A stretch of 51,905 nucleotides of DNA from an uncultured Rikenella sp. (GTDB lineage Bacteria > Bacteroidota > Bacteroidia > Bacteroidales > Rikenellaceae): NCBI RefSeq assembly GCF_947628055.1, contig NZ_CANQYJ010000001.1:1-51905 (forward strand), read 5' to 3'. How positions within the stretch are numbered: the stretch's first letter is position 1; each line of letters opens with the position of its first letter. Positions 11,563 through 20,881 of this stretch are shown piece after piece. The notes beneath the pieces were generated by a model that was not told where the DNA came from, made no database searches, and saw only the letters and a list, made by a program, of their open reading frames with translations. A program made the position numbers and the translations under genes.

Positions 11563-12159
11563 ATGAAGATTGCGATAGGGATTACCGGTGCCAGCGGCGC
11601 CATTTATGCAGAACGCCTGCTCCGCCACCTGCTCCACCTCACACAGAACAAAGACGTGGAACCCCCGGCCGTCATCTTCACAAAAAACGGGCAGGACGTC
11701 GTACAGTTCGAGCGACCAGAGCTTCTGCCCTGGCTTGCCCGACAGATCGAAGCAGGACACCTCGTCGAATACCGGAACGACGATTTCTTCACCCCCGTAG
11801 CATCCGGTTCGACACACTTCGACGCCTTAGTCATAGTGCCGTGCAGTATGGGTATGGCAGGACGCATCGCCGGAGGCATATCCGACGACCTGATCTCGCG
11901 AGCCGCAGACGTGATACTGAAAGAAAACACCCCCGCACATCCGCGAACACTGATCCTCTGTCCGCGAGAGACCCCACTCTCCCTGATCCATCTGCGCAAC
12001 CTCTGCACCATACGCGAAGCCGGCGGGACCATACTGCCCGCCATGCCCTCGTTCTACACCAAGCCGCAAACCATAGAAGAAGCAGTCGACACCGTGATAC
12101 AGCGCATTTTGTCCCAACTGCGGCTCATTCCGGCCGATCATCGCGGCTGGCAGGAATAA
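11563..12159 (+). CDS. ubiX: UbiX family flavin prenyltransferase
   Basis: GITGASGA, ASGS, PCSMG, RAADV.LKE, RETPL and PAMPSFY motifs. Confidence 0.93.
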   Translation: MKIAIGITGASGAIYAERLLRHLLHLTQNKDVEPPAVIFTKNGQDVVQFERPELLPWLARQIEAGHLVEYRNDDFFTPVASGSTHFDALVIVPCSMGMAGRIAGGISDDLISRAADVILKENTPAHPRTLILCPRETPLSLIHLRNLCTIREAGGTILPAMPSFYTKPQTIEEAVDTVIQRILSQLRLIPADHRGWQE

Positions 12160-12160
12160 A

Positions 12161-12192
12161 TTTGACTATTCGACGGAATAGTTTTACATTTG
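12161..12192 (+). promoter_or_regulatory. Bacteroidota sigma-A promoter for the ferredoxin gene
   Basis: TTTG (12161-12164) and TACATTTG (12185-12192) match the -33 TTTG / -7 TAnnTTTG consensus with 20-bp spacing. Confidence 0.7.
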
Positions 12193-12224
12193 CACAAACA
12201 AAACCAACTCAATTCAAATTACTC

Positions 12225-12398
12225 ATGGCTTACAAAATCGATCCCGACAAATGCGTTGCTTGCGGCACCTGCATCGACGAATGCCCGGTAGGGGCTATTT
12301 CCGCCGGTGACGTTTACGTTATCGACCCGTCAGCATGCTCTGAATGCGGCACCTGCGCCGACGTTTGCCCGGCCGAAGCTATCGCTCCGGAAGCATAA
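12225..12398 (+). CDS. 2[4Fe-4S] ferredoxin
   Basis: 57 aa with two CxxCxxCxxxCP motifs. Confidence 0.95.
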   Translation: MAYKIDPDKCVACGTCIDECPVGAISAGDVYVIDPSACSECGTCADVCPAEAIAPEA

Positions 12399-12426
12399 TC
12401 GGGGAACCCGTACAAAAACACAGAGA

Positions 12427-12460
12427 GCGGGGATATGCAAATGGCTTTGCATATCCCCGC
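12427..12460. terminator. Hairpin between convergent ferredoxin and trkH genes
   Basis: GCGGGGATATGCAAA-tggc-TTTGCATATCCCCGC, perfect 15-bp stem. Confidence 0.7.
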
Positions 12461-12481
12461 ATCATGTTTATGCCGGATCAG

Positions 12482-14302
12482 TCAGTTAATCAGAATATCC
12501 TCATTCGGATAGCAATACGGGCGGTGCGGCTGCGGCTTCACGAGCGCCATCATCATTCCGATGATCCCCACCCGGCCGACGAACATCAGCACCACCAGCA
12601 CCACCTTCGCCGCCGGCCCCAGTATCTCCGTCGTGCCCAGCCCGAGGCCCACCGTACACAAGGCAGACACCGCCTCGAACAACAGCGCCGAAATCGGTAT
12701 CTGCGGTTCCAGAAACGTGAGCACAGTGACCGACATCGCCAGAATGCTCAGTGAAATCCCGATCACCGCGAAAGCGCGTCGCACCGATTCGGCCGGAATC
12801 TCCCGTTTGTGCGCTTCGAGCGCCGAATTGCCGCGTACCGTGCCGACAATGTTCTTCACCAGCAGATAAAACGTCGTCACCTTGATCCCGCCCGCCGTAG
12901 ACTGCGGCGCACCCCCGATCCACATCAGCACCGTAGTCAGAATCAGCGTCGCCGGCAGCATCCGGTGCATATCCACCCCGTTGAACCCCGCCGTTCTCGG
13001 CGTTACCGCCGCCAGAAATCCCTGACTGAGTTTCCCCATAAACGAAAACTCGGCCAACGAGTGGTTCCACTCCGCCGCCAGCATATAGACCCATGTCCCC
13101 AGAACCAAAATCACCGTTATTTTCAGCACGATATAACTGTTCAGACTCCACTGTCTGGGATGCCGCTCCAACGGGCGCCGCCGGATGCGGCGAACCGCAT
13201 TTTTGAGGACCCGGCCCACGATCACCAGGAAATTGGAAAAGATAGGGAACCCGATGCCCCCGAAAATCACCAGCCAGGAGATAATGACCGGGACACCCCA
13301 CAGGTGCCGTACCAGCGGATCGTACAGGTTCCCGGGCAGTGTCGAAAAACCGGCGTTGCAGAACCCCGACACGCTGTGGAATACCGAGAAAAAGATCCTC
13401 CCGCCTTCCGATGCGAAACCCGGCTGCCCTTCCACTACCCCATAAAGCAGTCCCGCCCCCAGTGCTTCGACCGAAAGAGTCACCGCGATAATCTTGACCA
13501 GCGTTTTGCCCAATCCTCCCATTTTGTCGCTGCTGAGCAAGTCGCCCAGCTGCAACTGGCTTTTCAGAGAAGTCTGCCCCATGAAGAAAAGACCGAAAAA
13601 GCTGGTGACGGTCATAATCCCTAATCCGCCGATCTGTATGAGGATCAGAATCACGACTTGCCCGGTCGTGGTAAACGTTTCCGCCGTACTGACCGTACTC
13701 AGGCCTGTCACGCACACCGCACTGGCGGCCGTAAACAGCGAATCGACGTACCGGATGCCGTGGTGCGTGCAGTTGGGCAGCATCAGCAGCCCCGAACCTA
13801 CCAGAATAATCAACAGAAAACTGCCTGCCAGGATGGAGGAGGGGTTGACTTTCCGGGAAAGAATATCCGACACGGCCCGCGCCAGCTCGAGAAAGGATGC
13901 CACCAGCAAGGTGACCACAATCAGCCACGGTGCACTGATTGTGTCCAGAAAAGAGTCCGAGGCTAACCACCGGTGACGCAGTGCGATATTGAAGACGGCG
14001 ATCAATGTAAGGACGACATAGGCGCCGAGCAGAATGGTTCGATTGCGCCGGTTGAGGCGGTTGTTGTTGTCGTCCGATGTGTCGCCGAGCAGCACGCGTA
14101 TGGTCACGCAGACCCACATCAGGATCAAAAGGCTTTGATACCCGGCGGCGAGGTATCGCATCGACTCGGGCGTCTGGGGATAGCCGAACATATAGACGAC
14201 GCCGAACGGGGTCGCGACACTGATCAGCAGGATCAGTATGCGGACAAGTTTCAGCGCCCAGCGCCGAAGGTGGCGTAAGAAACGGCCTGCGGGTTGTCTC
14301 AT
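12482..14302 (-). CDS. trkH: TrkH/KtrB family potassium uptake membrane protein
   Basis: SAVCVTGLS, FCNAGFS, TPRTAGF, STAGGIK and SALCTVGL pore motifs. Confidence 0.9.
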   Translation of the reverse strand: MRQPAGRFLRHLRRWALKLVRILILLISVATPFGVVYMFGYPQTPESMRYLAAGYQSLLILMWVCVTIRVLLGDTSDDNNNRLNRRNRTILLGAYVVLTLIAVFNIALRHRWLASDSFLDTISAPWLIVVTLLVASFLELARAVSDILSRKVNPSSILAGSFLLIILVGSGLLMLPNCTHHGIRYVDSLFTAASAVCVTGLSTVSTAETFTTTGQVVILILIQIGGLGIMTVTSFFGLFFMGQTSLKSQLQLGDLLSSDKMGGLGKTLVKIIAVTLSVEALGAGLLYGVVEGQPGFASEGGRIFFSVFHSVSGFCNAGFSTLPGNLYDPLVRHLWGVPVIISWLVIFGGIGFPIFSNFLVIVGRVLKNAVRRIRRRPLERHPRQWSLNSYIVLKITVILVLGTWVYMLAAEWNHSLAEFSFMGKLSQGFLAAVTPRTAGFNGVDMHRMLPATLILTTVLMWIGGAPQSTAGGIKVTTFYLLVKNIVGTVRGNSALEAHKREIPAESVRRAFAVIGISLSILAMSVTVLTFLEPQIPISALLFEAVSALCTVGLGLGTTEILGPAAKVVLVVLMFVGRVGIIGMMMALVKPQPHRPYCYPNEDILIN

Positions 14303-14528
14303 CTGTTTTTTGGAATTGGAGTCGACGGGAAATCGGATCGGGTGGCGGAAAGTTACAAAATTTGTGCAGAATTCGGTCTCTGTTCCCCGTATTCACCCTA
14401 AGCGGGGTATCGCAGGCGGTTTTACTTTTTTGCAACCGTCTGCTCCCGGTTTTTCAGTGGGTTTCGCTGGCTCCGGCCGGCTAACGAACAAGCCTGATTA
14501 TTAGGTAGGTTTTCTTGTACGTGCATGG

Positions 14529-14784
14529 GAGGGAACTGTTCTCTTTGTGAACAAAGAGAACCAGAAAACCGACGCAGCAGGCGAGTGCCATCGAGCTTGC
14601 TCGAATGGCCGAGGCGCCAGGAGGAAGGCGAAGCCAAACTTTTTGAGATGCTTACGCATCTCAGAAAGTTTTTTCGGTTCCTTTTGTTCACAACCGAGCA
14701 GCGTTCCGAGTGCAGAGACTGCTTGCGGGCTATGCTGAGGTAGCGCGAGGACAACGAGCGACGCGAAGTTAACGAGAACCGTTC
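14529..14784. repeat. Palindromic element copy C: fold-back derivative with two nested inserts
   Basis: Left module GAACTGTTCTCTTTGTGAACAAAGAGAACC is mirrored around GAGATGC-ttac-GCATCTC; inserts at about 14569-14635 and 14694-14772. Confidence 0.8.
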
Positions 14785-14815
14785 AATACCGGGTACGTAC
14801 TGACAAACGCTCGGT

Positions 14816-15406
14816 CTATTTATTGGTCCCGATAAAGCGCCAGCCTACCGCCACCCGGAAATAAGTCGGGCACGTTGTCTCTCCCGTGTGCATGATAGCG
14901 CTGTTGAAACCCTTGGAATACGAAGCCGTTATGTCCAGTCCGCAGCGGAGCAGATAGCCCGCGCCCACGGTGAAAGCCAGATTGGACGAGCGTACATTTT
15001 CCATTTCGGTCGTCGGCCCGCCGTTTTTCACCTTGCGTTCCGCCGAGAGCTTGAACAACCCCTCAAAACCGGCTATGACCCGGAAGCCTCCGAGGAAATT
15101 GAACTTTCCGACCAATGGCACCGACAGGTAATCCATCCGGTGGATCGTCGGCGAAGCATAGCCCAGTTCCACGTTATCAGTCGAACCTAATTGAGAATAA
15201 TACGCACCAGTCTCGATCCCCCAGCGGTGGGTGAAATTGTAATCGACGAATGCTCCCGCATAAACACCCGTGCGCGAGCTCCCCGGACTGTTCATATAGT
15301 CGGCGAAATTGATCCCGACACGCGGCCCGAAGCCGAGACCCTTGACTTGCGCCGCGACCGTCGCGACAGCGAATGTAAATACGAAGGTGAGGATGATTTT
15401 TTTCAT
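14816..15406 (-). CDS. Porin family / outer-membrane beta-barrel protein
   Basis: Signal peptide, FGPRVGINF, YSQLG, DYLSVPL and C-terminal VGWRF strand. Confidence 0.8.
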   Translation of the reverse strand: MKKIILTFVFTFAVATVAAQVKGLGFGPRVGINFADYMNSPGSSRTGVYAGAFVDYNFTHRWGIETGAYYSQLGSTDNVELGYASPTIHRMDYLSVPLVGKFNFLGGFRVIAGFEGLFKLSAERKVKNGGPTTEMENVRSSNLAFTVGAGYLLRCGLDITASYSKGFNSAIMHTGETTCPTYFRVAVGWRFIGTNK

Positions 15407-15484
15407 AGGTTCGATTCGGGTTTGGAAGTGTGCAGCGACAAAGACAAACAGCTAAAAAGCATCTTATTTTCTGTAAATATAAAT

Positions 15485-15516
15485 AAAAAGCCGGAGAAGC
15501 TCGAGGCTCCTCCGGC
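15485..15516 (-). terminator. Intrinsic terminator after the POT transporter
   Basis: GCCGGAG..GC stem followed by a T-run on the minus strand. Confidence 0.6.
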
Positions 15517-15580
15517 CGAAGTGCAAAAATCGTTCCGTCCGGATCACGTTTTCGGAAAAACGGGACACGATCCCGTGTCG

Positions 15581-17263
15581 TCAGGCATTTTGCGTGGCGT
15601 GTTCCAGCTTTTTCATGATGCTGAAGAGGAAGAGGGCCGAGAGCAGGCACAGTACGATCAGGACGCCCCAGACCATCCAGAGCGGAATCCCGCTGCCCCA
15701 CAGGTAGCCGATCAGCGAAGTGGCGTAGTTGCCGACTGCCGTAGCGGCGAACCAGCACCCCATCATCATCCCTTTGTATTTGGGCGGCGCCACTTTCGAG
15801 ACGAACGAGATTCCCATCGGCGAGAGCAGCAGTTCGGCGAAAGTCAGCACTAAATAGGTCGATATAAGCCAGTTCGGGGATACGAAAGTATCGCTGGATC
15901 CGGCGGCTTTCACGGCGTCGGGCGACATCAGGCCGACAGAGCCGATGGTCAGAATGAGGAAGCCGAGGGCGGCGATGATCATCCCGATCCCGATCTTGCG
16001 GGGTGCCGAGGGTTCTTTGCCTTTGCGGGCCAGGGCCGAGAAGAGGGCCACCGAAACCGGGGTCAGCGCCACGACGTAGAAGGGGTTGAACTGTTGGAAG
16101 TCTTGCGGCAGGATTTTCACCGGGTCAGGGGTTTGCGTCCAGCGGTAGACCAGCACGCCGAGAGCGGCGACAAAGAGGCTCCAGCCGATCGTTTTGCCGC
16201 GTCTTTTTTCGGCTTGGAATGCGCCTACCAGTGCGTAGATCGCCACGATGACCAATACGAGGTTGAAGATGTCGAAGCCCATGCGGGTGATGCCGGTCGC
16301 TTCGGGCGAGGTGTAGTCGCGGGCGAAGAAGGTCATTGTCGAGCCGTTCTGGTGGAATGCCATCCAGAAGAAGATCACCACGGCGAAGACTAACATCAAG
16401 GCTGTGATGCGCGAGCGGGTCTGGGCCGGGGTCAGTTCGACGTGTGCAACGGAGCCTGCGGCGGCCTGTTGCTTGGCGGTCACGTCGGTGTGGCGGAAGG
16501 TCTTGCGGAAGGCGACGTAAATCACGTAGGAGACGATGAGCGAGATGCAGGCGACGCCGAAGCCCATACTATAAGCCGAGGAGAGTTTTTCGATGTAGTG
16601 GCTTGAAAATTGGGCCAAGTCACTGCCGCCGCCCGACATCGAGGCGGCCAGATCGGTGAGTTTGGCCAGCGGCTCGGCGCCCATTGCAGCGCCTTTTTCC
16701 AAATATTCGTGCGCGAGGGCCGGTATCTGGCCGTTGTACACCAATCCGTCCTGGGCGAGGAAGTGGTTGGTGATCCAGGTGGCCATGCCGGGGGCGAACA
16801 TGGCGCCGATGTTGATCGCCATGTAGAAGATCGAGAATGCGTTGTCGCGTTTGGCGGCGTATTTCGGGTCGTCGTAGAGGTTGCCGACCATCACTTGCAG
16901 GTTGCCTTTAAAGAGGCCGGTGCCGCAGGCGATCAGGGCCAGTGCGCCGAACATCATCATTTTGCCGACGATGCCTGTCCCGGTCGGAATAGCCAGCAGG
17001 GCGTAGCCGCCGAACATGATGAAGATGCCGAGGGTGACCATCCGGCCGAAGCCGAATTTGTCGGCCAGGATCCCGCCGAAGAAGGGCATGAAGTAGACGG
17101 CGGCGAGGAAAAGTCCGTAAATCTGGGTCGTCACGGCTTCGGTGTAGCCGAATTTCGCTTGCAGGAAAAGGGTGAAGATCGCAAGCATGGTATAGTAGCC
17201 GAACCGTTCGCCGGTGTTGGCGAGCGAGAGGGCGTACAAACCTTTGGGCTGTCCTTTTAACAT
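15581..17263 (-). CDS. POT/PTR family proton-dependent oligopeptide transporter
   Basis: ERFGYY, GGILAD, GLFKGN, FYMAINIG and AELLLSPMG motifs; start at MLKGQPKG. Confidence 0.92.
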   Translation of the reverse strand: MLKGQPKGLYALSLANTGERFGYYTMLAIFTLFLQAKFGYTEAVTTQIYGLFLAAVYFMPFFGGILADKFGFGRMVTLGIFIMFGGYALLAIPTGTGIVGKMMMFGALALIACGTGLFKGNLQVMVGNLYDDPKYAAKRDNAFSIFYMAINIGAMFAPGMATWITNHFLAQDGLVYNGQIPALAHEYLEKGAAMGAEPLAKLTDLAASMSGGGSDLAQFSSHYIEKLSSAYSMGFGVACISLIVSYVIYVAFRKTFRHTDVTAKQQAAAGSVAHVELTPAQTRSRITALMLVFAVVIFFWMAFHQNGSTMTFFARDYTSPEATGITRMGFDIFNLVLVIVAIYALVGAFQAEKRRGKTIGWSLFVAALGVLVYRWTQTPDPVKILPQDFQQFNPFYVVALTPVSVALFSALARKGKEPSAPRKIGIGMIIAALGFLILTIGSVGLMSPDAVKAAGSSDTFVSPNWLISTYLVLTFAELLLSPMGISFVSKVAPPKYKGMMMGCWFAATAVGNYATSLIGYLWGSGIPLWMVWGVLIVLCLLSALFLFSIMKKLEHATQNA

Positions 17264-17351
17264 GGGTCTATTGTGGTTTTGGTTAATATTGGCAAGGGGG
17301 TGTTTCTGTGTTTCGTGTGCCGGTTCTTTGTCCGGAAGAATAAACAAACTG

Positions 17352-17359
17352 CAAATTTA
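17352..17359 (-). promoter_or_regulatory. Candidate -7 promoter element for the POT transporter
   Basis: TAAATTTG on the minus strand. Confidence 0.5.
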
Positions 17360-17445
17360 ACAGTTTCGTTCACATGAATCGGCTTTTGTTAAATTTACAA
17401 CAACATTTCCGGAATTTTCCGGTCGGGCCGGCATACCGATCCTGT

Positions 17446-17490
17446 AAAAAGGCCGGCGGTCGGTTCCACTGGCATGGAGCGACCGCCGGC
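17446..17490 (-). terminator. Intrinsic terminator after the NYN gene
   Basis: GCCGGCGGTCG / CGACCGCCGGC stem with a T-run on the minus strand. Confidence 0.65.
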
Positions 17491-17536
17491 TTTGTGCGGA
17501 TAGGGTGCGGATGTTCTCCGGGGAGTATGTAAAATG

Positions 17537-18529
17537 TCAGATGTTGTGCCAGAATGAGTTTTTTACCGAAGCATCCCCCGGCCCGAGCCGTTTGACTTGT
17601 TTGGCGACGTCCTGTCCCTGATCGTTTTTGTCGATCGAAAATTCCACTTCGTCGCCCGGGGTGAATTCGGAGAAATCGCCTTCGATCACATCCAGGCTGT
17701 GGAAAAAGAGGTTGTTGTTGGGGTATTTGATAAAGCCGTATCCGTTTTTCAAACTCAGCACCTGGCTGGTGTGGCGTGCTTCGGGGTTGCGCTCCTGTTC
17801 TTTGGTGTCCGATCCTTTCTCCCGGGGGCTGTACTCGCTGTCGTCCTCTCCGTCCGCCCCCTGGCGCGAGTCGGGGGTTTGCACGAACAGGTTCATGATA
17901 AGCTGGTTGTTCTGTTCGAGTCCGCAGTCGATCACTTCCTGCATCGGCACCGGATAGTGTGCCAGGTTGAGCAGTTCGTGGGAGGTTTTGGTCACGATCC
18001 GGGTGCCTTCGTCATTGGTGTATTCAAATTCCCAGCTGATCAGCATCACGCGCACTCCCATGGCAATCAGTTTCCGCACCAAGGGCACATAGTCCGTATC
18101 CGCCACCACCAATACCGCGATGTCGATCTTCCCCTGCAAAGCCATCTCGAACACTTCGAGGGAGAGCCACACGTCCGTCCCGCGCTCCTCTTTCCGTCCG
18201 TAGATGTTCCGAAGCGGCAGGTAGTGGGTGTGCACGCCTTCCGACATCAGTATGTCGTCGAACACCCGGTCGTGGTACAGCTGGCTGCCTCTTGCGGCCG
18301 CATCCGCCGCGTTGAGCCGTCCGCGGAAGTAGTGCGCTTCGCATACCCGGCACCGTTTCGGGTCGATTCCTTCTTCTTCGGCCACCCGCTGGCAGATGAA
18401 GTCGTGCAGTCCGTTCAAGCTGAGCCGTCTTCGCTGCGGATGTATATAGTTGTAATAGTTCGAGGCGTGCAACAGAAAATTACCGTCATAGAATACGCCT
18501 ATCTTCGGTGTGTTGTGATTAGATTGCAT
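17537..18529 (-). CDS. NYN (LabA/DUF88) domain protein with C-terminal cold-shock domain
   Basis: VFYDGN, EERGTDVWL and ADTDYVPL acidic motifs; GYGFI and LFFH RNP-like motifs. Confidence 0.85.
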   Translation of the reverse strand: MQSNHNTPKIGVFYDGNFLLHASNYYNYIHPQRRRLSLNGLHDFICQRVAEEEGIDPKRCRVCEAHYFRGRLNAADAAARGSQLYHDRVFDDILMSEGVHTHYLPLRNIYGRKEERGTDVWLSLEVFEMALQGKIDIAVLVVADTDYVPLVRKLIAMGVRVMLISWEFEYTNDEGTRIVTKTSHELLNLAHYPVPMQEVIDCGLEQNNQLIMNLFVQTPDSRQGADGEDDSEYSPREKGSDTKEQERNPEARHTSQVLSLKNGYGFIKYPNNNLFFHSLDVIEGDFSEFTPGDEVEFSIDKNDQGQDVAKQVKRLGPGDASVKNSFWHNI

Positions 18530-18589
18530 GGATAGATGTAAAACAGCTGTAATTATGAAAGTTACTGTGCATCATTTTGATGACGGCTC

Positions 18590-18597
18590 CAAAGTTA
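18590..18597 (-). promoter_or_regulatory. Candidate -7 promoter element for the NYN gene
   Basis: TAACTTTG on the minus strand, about 60 bp upstream of the ATG. Confidence 0.55.
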
Positions 18598-18809
18598 ACA
18601 TATTTTTGTTAAAGGGAGTATAAAATAGCTGTTGCGAAAATCGAACCGGGAGGGGGATGGCTTAAAAGATTGTAAATAAAATCTTTTGTATTATTTATGG
18701 TTCGGCAGGTGGTTTGTTTGGTCGAAGATCGGGGGCGGACGATTTCGGAGCGTCGGGAAAAACTTGGCATGATTTGTGAAAAATACGGGAAGAAAAACTA
18801 TTTTTGAAA

Positions 18810-19655
18810 ATGGATAAAAAGCGTGTTGACATGGGATACAATGAATTGGAGATCGAGTTGAGGAAAACGCTGGCGCAGATCGCTCGTTGGCGGGAAATGG
18901 GCTGCATGCCGATGATTGAGCAGGGGATTGCGTTGGGGCGTTTGCAGAGGATTTATGCAGGGTTGCTCGATATGCCGTGCGGCGAACCGGATGGGCCGGC
19001 GGTCGAGGGGACGGATGGTGCTGCGTCCGGCGACTTGCGAGCGGATATGGGGGCGGGGCTTGCACAGGAGACGCATGTGCGGCAGGATGATGAGGCGCAT
19101 GACCCGTGTCCGCCGGCGACGGAGTTCCCGGAGGCGGAGTCCCGACCGGAACCGGAGGCGCAGGTAGAGAATGCGGTCGAGGAGGGAAGTCGTGTCTCGG
19201 TGGAAACGCATATGCAGCAGGAGTATTGGTCGCGTGATCTGTGTCCGTCGCCGACGGAGTTCCCGGAGGCTGTTGCGGGAGGGAATGCGGCGGCTGATGC
19301 TCCGGATGCGGATCGGGGCGGGGACGATGCGGATAGCGAAACGACGGGGGAGGCTGGTGTGTCGGATCGGAATCTTGTGTCGGATGGAACTCCTGAGGTG
19401 AAGGAAAATGCGGATAAGGGCTCGGAGGTGCCTCGGATTTTCGGCCTCGAGGTGAGCCCGTATGCCTGGCATGAGATGATCGATACGCTGTTCCATGGAA
19501 ATGCGGAGCTTTTCGAGGTGGAATGTGCGAAATTGGATGCCATGGGTTCGCTGGAGGAGGCGCTGGTCTATATCGGGGAAACGTATCGCTGGGTGCCGGA
19601 AAATGCGGCGACTATCAAGTTTATTGACTTGCTCGAATCCCGATTCGAAAAATAA
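18810..19655 (+). CDS. Hypothetical protein with acidic low-complexity linker and internal repeat
   Basis: Long ORF filling the gap; helical N- and C-terminal parts around an acidic linker; start uncertain (18804, 18810 or 18831). Confidence 0.7.
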   Translation: MDKKRVDMGYNELEIELRKTLAQIARWREMGCMPMIEQGIALGRLQRIYAGLLDMPCGEPDGPAVEGTDGAASGDLRADMGAGLAQETHVRQDDEAHDPCPPATEFPEAESRPEPEAQVENAVEEGSRVSVETHMQQEYWSRDLCPSPTEFPEAVAGGNAAADAPDADRGGDDADSETTGEAGVSDRNLVSDGTPEVKENADKGSEVPRIFGLEVSPYAWHEMIDTLFHGNAELFEVECAKLDAMGSLEEALVYIGETYRWVPENAATIKFIDLLESRFEK

Positions 19656-19657
19656 AT

Positions 19658-20120
19658 GTTCGTTTATTCACTACCCTATGTTTGAGGGAACTGTTCTCTT
19701 TGTGAACAAAGAGAACCAGAAAACCGACGCAGCAGCCGAGCGCCGTCGAGCTTGCTCGAATGGCCGAGGCGCCAGGAGGAAGGCGAAGCCAAACTTTTTG
19801 AGATGCTTACGCATCTCTTGAGTCTGCCGGGTACCCTTGTCTTCGATCCTTTTTGGGCCGAGCAATAGACCGCTCTACTGCTCCTTAGTTCGACCTCGCG
19901 CCCACCACCCCCCGAGCGGCTTCGCCGCTGGGCGCGAAGGTCGGCGATTCTAAAGAACCGCAATATAAAGAGCGGTCTATTGCCCCGGCCCAAAGAAAGC
20001 TCGAAGCAAGAGGACTGCAGAGCCTAAGGAGTAGGGTAATTACAGCCCGGAAAGCCCCTATGGGGCCTTTCTTTTCAAAGAAAGAACAGTCACTCACTGT
20101 AGGGTACAGAATAAACGAAC
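19658..20120 (+). repeat. Modular palindromic intergenic element, copy D (longest)
   Basis: Ends GTTCGTTTATTCACTACCCTA / TAGGGTACAGAATAAACGAAC; carries the copy C insert and the copy A central stem. Confidence 0.88.
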
Positions 20121-20138
20121 GGATAATTTCAGAATAAA

Positions 20139-20870
20139 GTGGCGAGACTGTATGTAGTTCCCACCCCAGTGGGTAACTTAGAAGATATCACATTGCGCGC
20201 CGTGCGCGTGCTCAGAGAAAGCGACCATATAGTCGCCGAAGACACCCGCACCAGCAGGAACCTGCTTCGGCACCTGAGCATCAGCAAGCCCATGAGCTCC
20301 TATCATAAATTCAACGAGCACGGCGTAGTCGAGCAGATCGTGCAGCGGATCCTCGGAGGGCAGACCGTAGCCCTAATATCCGACGCCGGGACACCCGCCA
20401 TTTCCGATCCGGGGTACCTGTTGGTCAATCAAGCCATCGCAGCAGGAATCGACGTAGAGACCTTGCCCGGTCCGACCGCTTTCGTACCCGCCTTGGTGGA
20501 CAGCGGACTGCCCTGCGACCGGTTCGCGTTTGAAGGCTTTCTGCCTCAGAAAAAAGGGCGGCAGACACGGCTGCAACAGCTTGTCGCCGAGCCGCGGACG
20601 ATGATATTTTACGAATCGCCGCACCGCGTCGGCAAGACACTGGGACAATTCGCCGAACTGTTCGGCGGGGAACGGAGAGGGGCCGTGTGCCGCGAAATAT
20701 CCAAAAAATTTGAAGAAACCGTTCGCGGGACACTGAGCGAACTGGCAGCGCGTTATGCCGATAAGGAGCCCAAAGGCGAGATCGTCCTGGTGATCGAAGG
20801 AGCCGGCTCGGCTGCCAAAAAGGCGCGCAATGCCGATACAGCCGCAGAGGACACCGACAATGGTCGGTAG
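20139..20870 (+). CDS. rsmI: 16S rRNA C1402 2'-O-methyltransferase
   Basis: VPTPVGNLEDIT, AEDTR, SDAGTPAISDPG, FEGFLP and FYESPHR. Confidence 0.96.
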   Translation: MARLYVVPTPVGNLEDITLRAVRVLRESDHIVAEDTRTSRNLLRHLSISKPMSSYHKFNEHGVVEQIVQRILGGQTVALISDAGTPAISDPGYLLVNQAIAAGIDVETLPGPTAFVPALVDSGLPCDRFAFEGFLPQKKGRQTRLQQLVAEPRTMIFYESPHRVGKTLGQFAELFGGERRGAVCREISKKFEETVRGTLSELAARYADKEPKGEIVLVIEGAGSAAKKARNADTAAEDTDNGR

Positions 20871-20881
20871 GACTATAGTTT

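Noticed and set aside
12501-14435. 644-aa minus-strand ORF overlapping trkH
   Set aside because: Alternative-frame shadow ORF typical of high-GC DNA, with no motifs.
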